From: Chthoniobacteraceae bacterium
GTDB lineage: Bacteria > Verrucomicrobiota > Verrucomicrobiia > Chthoniobacterales > Chthoniobacteraceae
Reading direction: 5' to 3'
Assembly: GCA_040081625.1 (NCBI GenBank)
Contig: JBEBGD010000063.1
Location: forward strand, 1-32,863
Length of the DNA: 32,863 bases
This document shows positions 18,636 through 25,640 of the stretch, one piece after another. Each line of letters opens with the position of its first letter. Positions within the stretch are counted from its first letter, which is position 1. A program made the position numbers and the translations under genes. The notes under the pieces were generated by a model. That model had not been told where the DNA came from. It saw only the letters and a program-made list of their open reading frames with translations, and did no database searches.

Positions 18636-20089
18636 TATGTGACGGCGGGCTGACGAGCTTCGAGCGCCTGCGCGATGGCGTCGCACACGCGGTCGATCTG
18701 CGCGGGCTCGAGATCTTTCGATGTCGGCAGGCTGAGGCCGCGCGCGGAGAGTTGAGTGGAGACGGGCAGGTCTCCTTCGTGCGGATACGGCGGCATGATG
18801 TGGAGCGGGTAGAAAAGATTGCGTGTTTCGACGCCGTGCTCGGCGAGGTAGCGGACGAGCGCATCGCGCGTCAGCCCGGCGCGCGCTTCGTCGATGAGGA
18901 TCGAGTAGAGCCAGTAGATGTTTTCCGCCCAAGACTCGGCGGGCGGAAGCGTGATGCCGGGGAGTCCACGCAGGCGCTCGCTGTAATGGCGCGCGATCTC
19001 GCGGTGTCGCTCGAGGAAGAAGTCGATGCGCTCCATCTGCGCGAGGCCGATCGCGGCCTGGATATTCGTCATGCGGTAGTTGAAACCGGGATGGATGTGC
19101 CAGTAGCGGCGGCCCTTCTCCATGCCGTGATCGCGCAGGACGTTCATGCGCTGGTGGAGCGCGACGTCGCGGGTGAAGACCATGCCACCTTCGCCGGTGG
19201 TGATGACCTTGTTCGCGAAGAAGCTGAAGCAACCCGCGTCGCCAAACGTCCCGACGAGCCGGCCCTTGTATCTCGCGCCGAGCGCCTCGGCGCAGTCCTC
19301 GACGACGAACAAGCGATGCAGCCGCGCGACCTCCATGATCGGGTCCATGTCGCACGGGTGGCCGTAGAGATGCACGGGCATGACGGCCTTCGTGCGCGGC
19401 GTGATCTTCCGCGCGAAGTCGGCGGGATCGAGCGTCCACGTGCGCGCGTCCACGTCGGCGAGCACCGGCTTCGCGCCGCAGTGGATCACAACATTCGCGC
19501 TTGCCGCGAAGGTGAGGTCAGGGACGATGACTTCGTCGCCGGGGCCGATACCGAGCGCGACGAGCGCGAGGTGGAGCGCGGTGGTGCCATTCGAGACGGT
19601 GAGCGCGTGAGGCACGTCGTGGAATCTCGCGAACGCCTGCTCGAATTGCGTGACGTAGCCGCCTTGCGAGGAGATCCAGCTCGTGGCGATGCAATCGCTC
19701 ACGTATTTGAGTTCGTTGCCGCCGAGCGACGGCTGAGTGACGGGCAGCTTCCAGATCTCCGCCCACGACAGGAACTCCACGGGGCGGCCCGCGTCGTCGA
19801 GGATTGGAAGGTGGCGGATGCTCTTGCTGAGCAGACGCAGATTATCCTCGTGCGTGGCGCTCGCGCGGCCCGCGGTGAACTTGCGGTTCATCCAGCGCGC
19901 GGACTCGTCTTCGAGTTGCGCGCCCGCGAGCAGCGCGCGGCGCACATCCGCGTCGGTGAAGATGCCCTGCATCACGCCGTCGCTGTCCACGACGAAGACC
20001 GCGCCGGAGACGCCGGCATCGAGCAGCTCCATCGCCTCGCGCAGTCGCGCGGTCAGCGGCAGCAGATTTCGTTGGATGTCTTTGCTCAC
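18635..20089 (-). CDS. CBS-pair + DegT/DnrJ/EryC1/StrS PLP sugar aminotransferase (perosamine synthase/LegC-like)
   Basis: N-terminal CBS pair (FVVDSDG..GIFTDADVRRALL; IRHLPILD). Then NGTTALHLAL, PVHLYG, EDCAEALG, SFFANKVITTGEGG (PLP Lys), GFNYRMTN, LSLP. GTG start 20089. Confidence 0.9.
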   Translation of the reverse strand: MSKDIQRNLLPLTARLREAMELLDAGVSGAVFVVDSDGVMQGIFTDADVRRALLAGAQLEDESARWMNRKFTAGRASATHEDNLRLLSKSIRHLPILDDAGRPVEFLSWAEIWKLPVTQPSLGGNELKYVSDCIATSWISSQGGYVTQFEQAFARFHDVPHALTVSNGTTALHLALVALGIGPGDEVIVPDLTFAASANVVIHCGAKPVLADVDARTWTLDPADFARKITPRTKAVMPVHLYGHPCDMDPIMEVARLHRLFVVEDCAEALGARYKGRLVGTFGDAGCFSFFANKVITTGEGGMVFTRDVALHQRMNVLRDHGMEKGRRYWHIHPGFNYRMTNIQAAIGLAQMERIDFFLERHREIARHYSERLRGLPGITLPPAESWAENIYWLYSILIDEARAGLTRDALVRYLAEHGVETRNLFYPLHIMPPYPHEGDLPVSTQLSARGLSLPTSKDLEPAQIDRVCDAIAQALEARQPAVT

Positions 20090-20103
20090 GTGGCGCCGAG
20101 TCT

Positions 20104-20997
20104 TTACGAGAGCGCGGCGCGGAGCAACGCGGACTGTTGCAAAATGTCGGCGGGCGAAAGCGCGCTGACTTCGATGACCACGGGCGCGGGATGCGCACGC
20201 AGCGCAGGGAGAAACCACGAGTCTTCACGGCACGCGCGGTTTTGGTCGGTGATGCCGTCGTTGTCGCTCACGTGCCATTTGCCGATGTGCGGGGCGACCC
20301 CGGCGACGAACTCACGCACGTCGAAGCCGAGCGCGGTGGCGGAGACCTTCGCATGGCCGGTGTCGAAGAGCAGGCCAAGCGCGGGGTCGGCGACTTCGTG
20401 CATGAGCCAGAGCACTTCGGCGGCGTCGCAGAGCAGCAACGGGTTTTCCGCCTCGCGCTGGCGGTAGCGCGGCGAGAGGACATTGTTTTCGACGAGAAGG
20501 CGAATGCCGGCGCTTCGCGCGCGCGGGAGAAGTTCACGCACCGAGGCGAGGAACGTCGCGCGTGCGGCATCACGCGGGATGCGTCCGGCGGCGGCTTGCA
20601 GCTCCGGGTGGCCGAGCATGGCGGGCGTGAGGTTCAGGCTGAAGCCGCTGTGGACGCTGTAAAACGGTGCGCCGAGTTCGGCAGCGAGGTCGATCGCATC
20701 GCGGCAGAACGCGAGGCTGCGCTCGCGGATCGCAGTGTCGGTCGCTGCGAGATTCAGCACGAAGGGATCGGCGGGCGGTGGGAAATAATTGTGAACGAGC
20801 AGCCGCATCCCGCGATCGCGCGCGGCGCGGGCGATGTCGCGCCAGTCGGCCTCGAGGCGAACGCCGGAGCTGAGTTCGAGATGCGCGACGCCGTGGGCTT
20901 CACATCGCGCAATGATCTCGCGCAGGGTCGCGCCGCCGAAGGCGGCGGTGGAGATGAAGATGTCGGATCCCATCGGGCGTGCTGAGTCCGGAGTCAT
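20104..20997 (-). CDS. Sugar phosphate isomerase/epimerase-like metal TIM-barrel protein (AP endonuclease 2 family)
   Basis: LELSSG, HNYFPPP, FVLNLA, YSVHSG, VENN, DTGH, HVSDNDG. Start 20997 (ATGA overlap) or 20973. Confidence 0.82.
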   Translation of the reverse strand: MTPDSARPMGSDIFISTAAFGGATLREIIARCEAHGVAHLELSSGVRLEADWRDIARAARDRGMRLLVHNYFPPPADPFVLNLAATDTAIRERSLAFCRDAIDLAAELGAPFYSVHSGFSLNLTPAMLGHPELQAAAGRIPRDAARATFLASVRELLPRARSAGIRLLVENNVLSPRYRQREAENPLLLCDAAEVLWLMHEVADPALGLLFDTGHAKVSATALGFDVREFVAGVAPHIGKWHVSDNDGITDQNRACREDSWFLPALRAHPAPVVIEVSALSPADILQQSALLRAALS

Positions 20998-21464
20998 CGT
21001 GCGCGGCGAGATTTCCATTGGAACATCTCGTGGCCGGTGTTTGGACAGAGGCCTTCGGAAATGAAACCGGCGTCGATGTAAACGCGGCGCGCAGCGGAAT
21101 TTTGTGGATGCACTTTGAGCATCACGCTCTCGACGGAATTGAGCCGGCACCAAGCGAGGGAGAATTGCAACGCGAGGCGGGCGAGGCCGCGGGCTGCGTG
21201 GCGGCTGGCGACATAGACGCCGAACGACGGGCGCGTGTAGCCCGCGTCGAAACCGCGCAGCATGAAGATTCCCGTGAGTTCTTCATCGACAATCAACGCC
21301 CAGTAGCGGTCGTGAATCGCTGCGGTGATGCGCTCGCGGATCGGCCCGGCGGCGAACGTAAATGGGTGGAAGTGCGCGAGGTAATCGGGCGGCTCGGCGG
21401 CGAACAGCGCGGCCAGCGTCTCCGCGTCTTCAGCGTGCAGGGGCCGGATCGAGAGGTCGGTCAC
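20994..21464 (-). CDS. GNAT-family N-acetyltransferase
   Basis: GVYVASRHAARGLA (acyl-CoA motif A) and VHPQNSAARRVYIDAGF (motif B). GTG start 21464. Confidence 0.82.
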   Translation of the reverse strand: MTDLSIRPLHAEDAETLAALFAAEPPDYLAHFHPFTFAAGPIRERITAAIHDRYWALIVDEELTGIFMLRGFDAGYTRPSFGVYVASRHAARGLARLALQFSLAWCRLNSVESVMLKVHPQNSAARRVYIDAGFISEGLCPNTGHEMFQWKSRRAR

Positions 21465-22506
21465 ACATTTCCCAGGTGAGCAGCGCGTCGGCGGGAATGT
21501 CGCACTGCGCGATGCGACCGATGAGGTGGTCGAGTCGCGCGGGCGAGATGCCGGTGGACGGCCGCTTGAACGAAAGCATGTCTGGCGTGAACACTTCGCC
21601 GGCGGCAATGGCGCGGCGGGCGGTGATGCTGCGGCGCATCCCGATCGCGTTCGTGCGCTCGATTTCGCACGGCGATTTCTCGGCGGAGCCGAGGAGCAAC
21701 TCAGCGCCGCGCAGTTCGCGGACGAGCGCCGCAAACTCGGCGGGATCGCACGAGGTCGTGTGGTCGGGGCCGGGCAACGTGCGGTCGATCGTGAAATGCT
21801 TTTCGATCACGCACGCGCCGAGAGCGATGGCGGCGACGCAGGCGGTGTTGCCGGCGGTGTGATCGGAGTAGCCGACGGGGACGTCGCACGCTGCGCGCAT
21901 GGTGAGCATTGCGCGGAGGTTCACGTCGGCGAGGCGGGAGGGGTAGTTCGTCGTGCATTGGAGCACGACGATCTGCTCGTTGCCGGAAGCGCGGATCGTT
22001 TCGACGGCGAGCACGACTTCGTCGAGCGTGGCCATGCCGGTCGAGAGGATCATCGGTTTCCCCTGCCGCGCGACGTAGCGGAGGAAGGCGGGCTCGACGA
22101 CGGAGAGCGACGCGAGCTTGAACGCGCCGATGCCGAGCGACGCGAGGAAATCGACGTCTTCCTCGTTGTAGGGCGTGGAGAAAAACGCGAGGCCCTCGGC
22201 GGCGGCGAGCGCGATCAACTCGCGATACGCCACCGCGGGCAGCTCGAGCTTGCGCAGCATCGCGAGCTGCGACTCGGCGGGGTCGGTGGTGCCGAGCTGG
22301 TAGGCGGCTTTCGGCGCTGCGGCGGTGACGACACGCTCGGCCTTGAACGTCTGGAACTTCACGCAGTCGGCGCCCGCGGCTTTCGCGCCGAGGACGAGAC
22401 GGCGCGCGAGGTCCGGGTCGCCGTTATGATTCACCCCGGCTTCGGCGATGATGAAGGCGGGATACCCCGGGCCGACGCGGCGGCCGAGGATGTCGAACTC
22501 CGTCAT
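21430..22506 (-). CDS. neuB: N-acetylneuraminate/legionaminate synthase (NeuB family) with SAF domain
   Basis: IAEAGVNHNGD, VKFQTF, STPY, KLAS, STGM, CTTNYP, GYSDHT, IEKHFT, PDH, KRP; all canonical motifs present. ATG 22506. Confidence 0.93.
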   Translation of the reverse strand: MTEFDILGRRVGPGYPAFIIAEAGVNHNGDPDLARRLVLGAKAAGADCVKFQTFKAERVVTAAAPKAAYQLGTTDPAESQLAMLRKLELPAVAYRELIALAAAEGLAFFSTPYNEEDVDFLASLGIGAFKLASLSVVEPAFLRYVARQGKPMILSTGMATLDEVVLAVETIRASGNEQIVVLQCTTNYPSRLADVNLRAMLTMRAACDVPVGYSDHTAGNTACVAAIALGACVIEKHFTIDRTLPGPDHTTSCDPAEFAALVRELRGAELLLGSAEKSPCEIERTNAIGMRRSITARRAIAAGEVFTPDMLSFKRPSTGISPARLDHLIGRIAQCDIPADALLTWEMCDRPLDPAPAR

Positions 22507-23276
22507 CCGACGGGCAGGTAACGCATCGGGTTGAAGAGCGACTCGCGCCACCACTGGCGGCTGCCGGGCGATGGCTCGTAAACGAGCGCGGGTTCGTTCG
22601 CGCAGTGGCCGCGCATCACGTAGCGCTCGGTGCCGGGCGAGACGACGCCCCCGCGGTGATACGCGTCGGTGGTGAAGACGATCATCGCGCCGGCGGGGCC
22701 TTCGATCGGGATGAGCGGCGCAACTTCCGGCGGCATCGTCTGGTTTGGGATTTCCTTCACGCGACCGCCGCGGCGCAGGTGCTTCGCGGCGAGCGCGCGG
22801 GAGATGTGATGTGAACCGGGCGAGCAGTCGAACGCGCCGTTCTCCGCGGTCGTGTCCTTGAGGTAGATGAAGAACTTCAAGCAACTGATCTTGTCGAAAT
22901 GGATCGGGTTGATCGGCTCCTCGCGCGGCTGGTCGTGCGTGCAGAAGATGAAGGAATTGAGCTGATTCGCGCCGCGGTAGTAGCGGTCGGCGCACTGCTT
23001 CATGTAGTCGGCTGAGAAGACCCCGGCGGTGTGCGGAAAGAGCACGTCGTCGAGCAGCGGGCGCTGCACGGAGACGGCGCGTCCGGCCTTGTAGTCGAGC
23101 GTCTTGACGTATGCGGCGTTCGTCTCGAACAGACGCAGAAACTCCCCGGTGAGCGCGCTGACTTTCGCGGAGTCGAGGTAGTCGGGGATGATGAGCACGC
23201 CGTTCGTGTCGAGCGCATCGAGGATCGCCGGCAGCGGCGTGGATTTCGGAAACGTGATGGCTGCGAGTTGGCTCAT
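22503..23276 (-). CDS. PhyH-like Fe(II)/2-oxoglutarate dioxygenase
   Basis: NGVLIIPDYL, HFD (HxD), IYLKDTTAENGA, PGSH, GPAG, distal His in YHRGG, Arg in ERYV. Confidence 0.85.
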   Translation of the reverse strand: MSQLAAITFPKSTPLPAILDALDTNGVLIIPDYLDSAKVSALTGEFLRLFETNAAYVKTLDYKAGRAVSVQRPLLDDVLFPHTAGVFSADYMKQCADRYYRGANQLNSFIFCTHDQPREEPINPIHFDKISCLKFFIYLKDTTAENGAFDCSPGSHHISRALAAKHLRRGGRVKEIPNQTMPPEVAPLIPIEGPAGAMIVFTTDAYHRGGVVSPGTERYVMRGHCANEPALVYEPSPGSRQWWRESLFNPMRYLPVG

Positions 23277-24211
23277 GGCTTCGTGAGAAACAGGAGGATT
23301 CTATCGTAGAGCGACTGCTTCAAGGAGAAGGAATCTCTGGCAAAATACGGGTAGCTGACCCGGCGCGAGAATCCACGATACGGCTGCGGTCGCGTGAACA
23401 TGCGGTCGCGCAGGCAGAACTCGCGCGCCGTGCGCGCGAGCAAACCGAGCCGGCCTCCGCTCGCGGGCGTGGAGTCGAAGACGAACGATGTGACGTCAAA
23501 GCCGGCGTCGAAGGCGGCGGCTTCGTATTCGCAGAGGCGAAAGTAGTGATCCGAATTCTCGGCGTGCGTGACGGAGCGTCCGGTGACGCCGAGTTGGGTC
23601 TCGGCCTGCTTCGCGGGGATGGGCGTGTAGCGCTTGGCGTGGTTTTCGCGCTGCGTGAACGAATTGAATTCGCACAGCTCGGTCGCGATGACGTGGCCGC
23701 CGGGCTTCAGCGCGCGGAAGGCTTCGCCCAGCGTGACGCGGAGATTCTCCGAGTGGTGCAGCGCGCCGATGGACACGACGAGATCGAAGAAACCATCGCC
23801 CACCTTGAGCAGGTTGAAGCTGCCGAGCACGCGGCGGATTTTTTCCTCGCGACCACCGACAGCGTGGTGCGCCATCGGCATGAGCGTCTCGACGCAGTAG
23901 CGGTCGTATTCGAGGGCATAGACCTCCTCGACGTGCGGACGCTGCGAGAGGATCGCCGAACACCAACCGGTGCCCGCGCCGATCTCGATGACCTTTCCGC
24001 TGATCGGTTTCCCGGTGAAGACCTCGAACTTCTCCAGCACGCGCGTGCGCCACACGATGCGCGGCGAGGCGAGGTAGTCGCGCGTGTGTTCGGCGGATGC
24101 AAAGATCGGCGCATAGACCGTCTCGGCGTTGTTTTTGCGCAACTCGATCGCGGACTCGACGATGTTCGCGGCGTCTTCGTGGACGTTCCAATCGAGAAAG
24201 GCGGCAGTCAC
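23273..24211 (-). CDS. Class I SAM-dependent methyltransferase
   Basis: VIEIGAGTGW, FDLVV..GALHH, RALKPGG. GTG start 24211 (GTGA overlap). Confidence 0.85.
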   Translation of the reverse strand: MTAAFLDWNVHEDAANIVESAIELRKNNAETVYAPIFASAEHTRDYLASPRIVWRTRVLEKFEVFTGKPISGKVIEIGAGTGWCSAILSQRPHVEEVYALEYDRYCVETLMPMAHHAVGGREEKIRRVLGSFNLLKVGDGFFDLVVSIGALHHSENLRVTLGEAFRALKPGGHVIATELCEFNSFTQRENHAKRYTPIPAKQAETQLGVTGRSVTHAENSDHYFRLCEYEAAAFDAGFDVTSFVFDSTPASGGRLGLLARTAREFCLRDRMFTRPQPYRGFSRRVSYPYFARDSFSLKQSLYDRILLFLTKP

Positions 24212-24906
24212 GATGCGATGGTGGTGTAGGCCGGCACGGCGAAGGGCGAGTCGTCTTTCATGAAGCGGTAGCCGTGACGCTGGCAGAATTCGATGAGCGC
24301 CTTCGTCTCGCCGCCCTGCCGCTTTTCGTCGATGCAGATGATGCCGCCGGGCGTCATGTGCTCGCGAAAGGCTTCCATCCCGGCGAGCGCGGCCTGGTAG
24401 GCGTTGCAGTCCACGTAGAGCAACGCGGCGCGGAAATTCGGCGCCGCTTTCAAAAAGTCCGGCACGGTCTGCTTGAGATCGCCCTCGATGAAATTGCACT
24501 GCCGCGCGAGCCCGACATTCGCCACGCGCTTCTCAACGAACTCGCGCCCGATGCCACGCCACGTGTCGGCGCGGAGCTGCGGGTTGCCGGCGAGGTCGTC
24601 GGGCGGGTAGCCGTCGAAGGTGTCGAAGCCGTAGTATTTGCGCACCTCCTCGTCGCCGTTCATGCGGACGAGGTGGCCGAAGATGATGCTGTTGCGCCCG
24701 CGCGCGACGCCGAGCTCGACGACATGCCCGGGCACGTGCGCGATCTTCGCGTAGATGCGGTCGAGCCACAGCACATAACGAAACTCTGCGGCGTCGAGGT
24801 ATTGGTCCTTCGGCCCGATCTGCGCCGGGTCCACGAGCGTCTGGCCGGTGCTGCGAGCAGCTCGCCGGAGCAAGGAGCAAAAGGCTTGGCGCAACGGGTT
24901 GCTCAT
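24208..24906 (-). CDS. TylF/MycF-family (macrocin O-methyltransferase-like) protein
   Basis: VPGHVVELGVARG, YGFDTFDGYP, IEGD...TVP, LYVDCNAY, PGGIICIDE. Confidence 0.87.
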   Translation of the reverse strand: MSNPLRQAFCSLLRRAARSTGQTLVDPAQIGPKDQYLDAAEFRYVLWLDRIYAKIAHVPGHVVELGVARGRNSIIFGHLVRMNGDEEVRKYYGFDTFDGYPPDDLAGNPQLRADTWRGIGREFVEKRVANVGLARQCNFIEGDLKQTVPDFLKAAPNFRAALLYVDCNAYQAALAGMEAFREHMTPGGIICIDEKRQGGETKALIEFCQRHGYRFMKDDSPFAVPAYTTIAS

Positions 24907-24919
24907 GAAAAGGGCGCCG

Positions 24920-24947
24920 ACTATGGCGTGTGCGGCGGGAGCGTCAA
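24920..24947 (-). promoter_or_regulatory. Putative sigma70-type promoter of the glycan operon
   Basis: On the minus strand, TTGACG (24947-24942), a 16-bp spacer, then CATAGT (24925-24920), 13 nt before the ATG at 24906. Confidence 0.45.
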
Positions 24948-25016
24948 GGGGGCGCGGCTGGCCGGCGATTTCCTGATCAGGTTTTTGAAACGGGAAGGAG
25001 CCCCGCGCCGACTCGG

Positions 25017-25143
25017 AGACTGGTGAAATAGTCCACAGATTTCAGGATGGACACAGATTCGTCCCGACAGTCCGTTCAGCTTCTCTGTGAAAATCGGTGC
25101 AATCTGTGGACCGCCACCGAGGCGTCGAGTTTTTCGACAGGCT
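25017..25143. mobile_element. ~127-bp MITE-like element with imperfect terminal inverted repeats and an internal palindrome
   Basis: Left end AGACTGGTGAAATAGTC versus reverse complement of the right end AGCCTGTCGAAAAACTC: 12/17 match. Internal perfect 11-bp inverted repeat GTCCACAGATT (25031-25041) / AATCTGTGGAC (25101-25111). Confidence 0.5.
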
Positions 25144-25252
25144 GCCAGGACACCGGCGGCCAGCGAGCAGAAATCGTCCGCGGACTGAGCGCGAGACGGT
25201 GGCGTTATCATCGTTGGACAACGGAAGATTCAGGCGGTAACCTGCAACCCTG

Positions 25253-25501
25253 ATGCCTCATTCAAGAAATCGCCTGCGTGTTGCACTGAGCCGTGACCTG
25301 CGGAAGCCCGGCGTAAAGGGATTGGTCAAAGTCCTCGATGACTCCGCTCGAAAGGTTTTCACCGCGAACAAGGATGGGGCAGTCCTGGAGTTTTCACACA
25401 AGCAGCCGGAATTGGCGTTCTGGAGTGGAAAGAAGCACTACGGCAGTGGGCGTAGCAGCCTCATTCGGATACGCAGAACACAGACCGAAGAGACGGCTTA
25501 A
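25253..25501 (+). CDS. Small hypothetical protein (82 aa) with atypical codon usage
   Basis: ATG..TAA ORF filling the divergent intergenic region. Many A/T-ending codons, unlike its neighbours. No recognisable motif. Confidence 0.3.
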   Translation: MPHSRNRLRVALSRDLRKPGVKGLVKVLDDSARKVFTANKDGAVLEFSHKQPELAFWSGKKHYGSGRSSLIRIRRTQTEETA

Positions 25502-25640
25502 CGAAGGGATGTGGCTCCACGGCGGGGTCACCTCTTAGCGTCAGGACCCTCGTGGAATCGCTGATGGCGCGGACACGAAAGTATCGGAACCCGTCACCAG
25601 CCGCGTAGCCGATGCGACGGAGGCGGCTTATGAGACTGGC

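Noticed and set aside
21430..21464. 35-nt neuB/GNAT overlap as a frameshifted fusion
   Set aside because: Both proteins look complete, the GNAT has its own GTG start, and no slippery sequence is evident.
6806..24499. Long N-terminal extensions in the ORF track (e.g. 6806-8491, 14580-16277, 17946-19439, 21430-22995) as possible fusions
   Set aside because: The extensions lie inside the upstream gene in another frame and are low-complexity. Family motifs begin only at internal starts adjacent to the upstream stop codon.
4981..25026. Many long + strand ORFs opposite the glycan operon (e.g. 7651-9201, 9693-11216, 18752-20467)
   Set aside because: Typical high-GC antisense ORFs; the minus-strand frames carry all the recognisable motifs.
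25496..25640. Complete attC site, or a riboswitch upstream of the aminotransferase
   Set aside because: No closing GTTRRRY or extended dyad symmetry, and no riboswitch consensus recognised by eye. An Rfam scan was not run.
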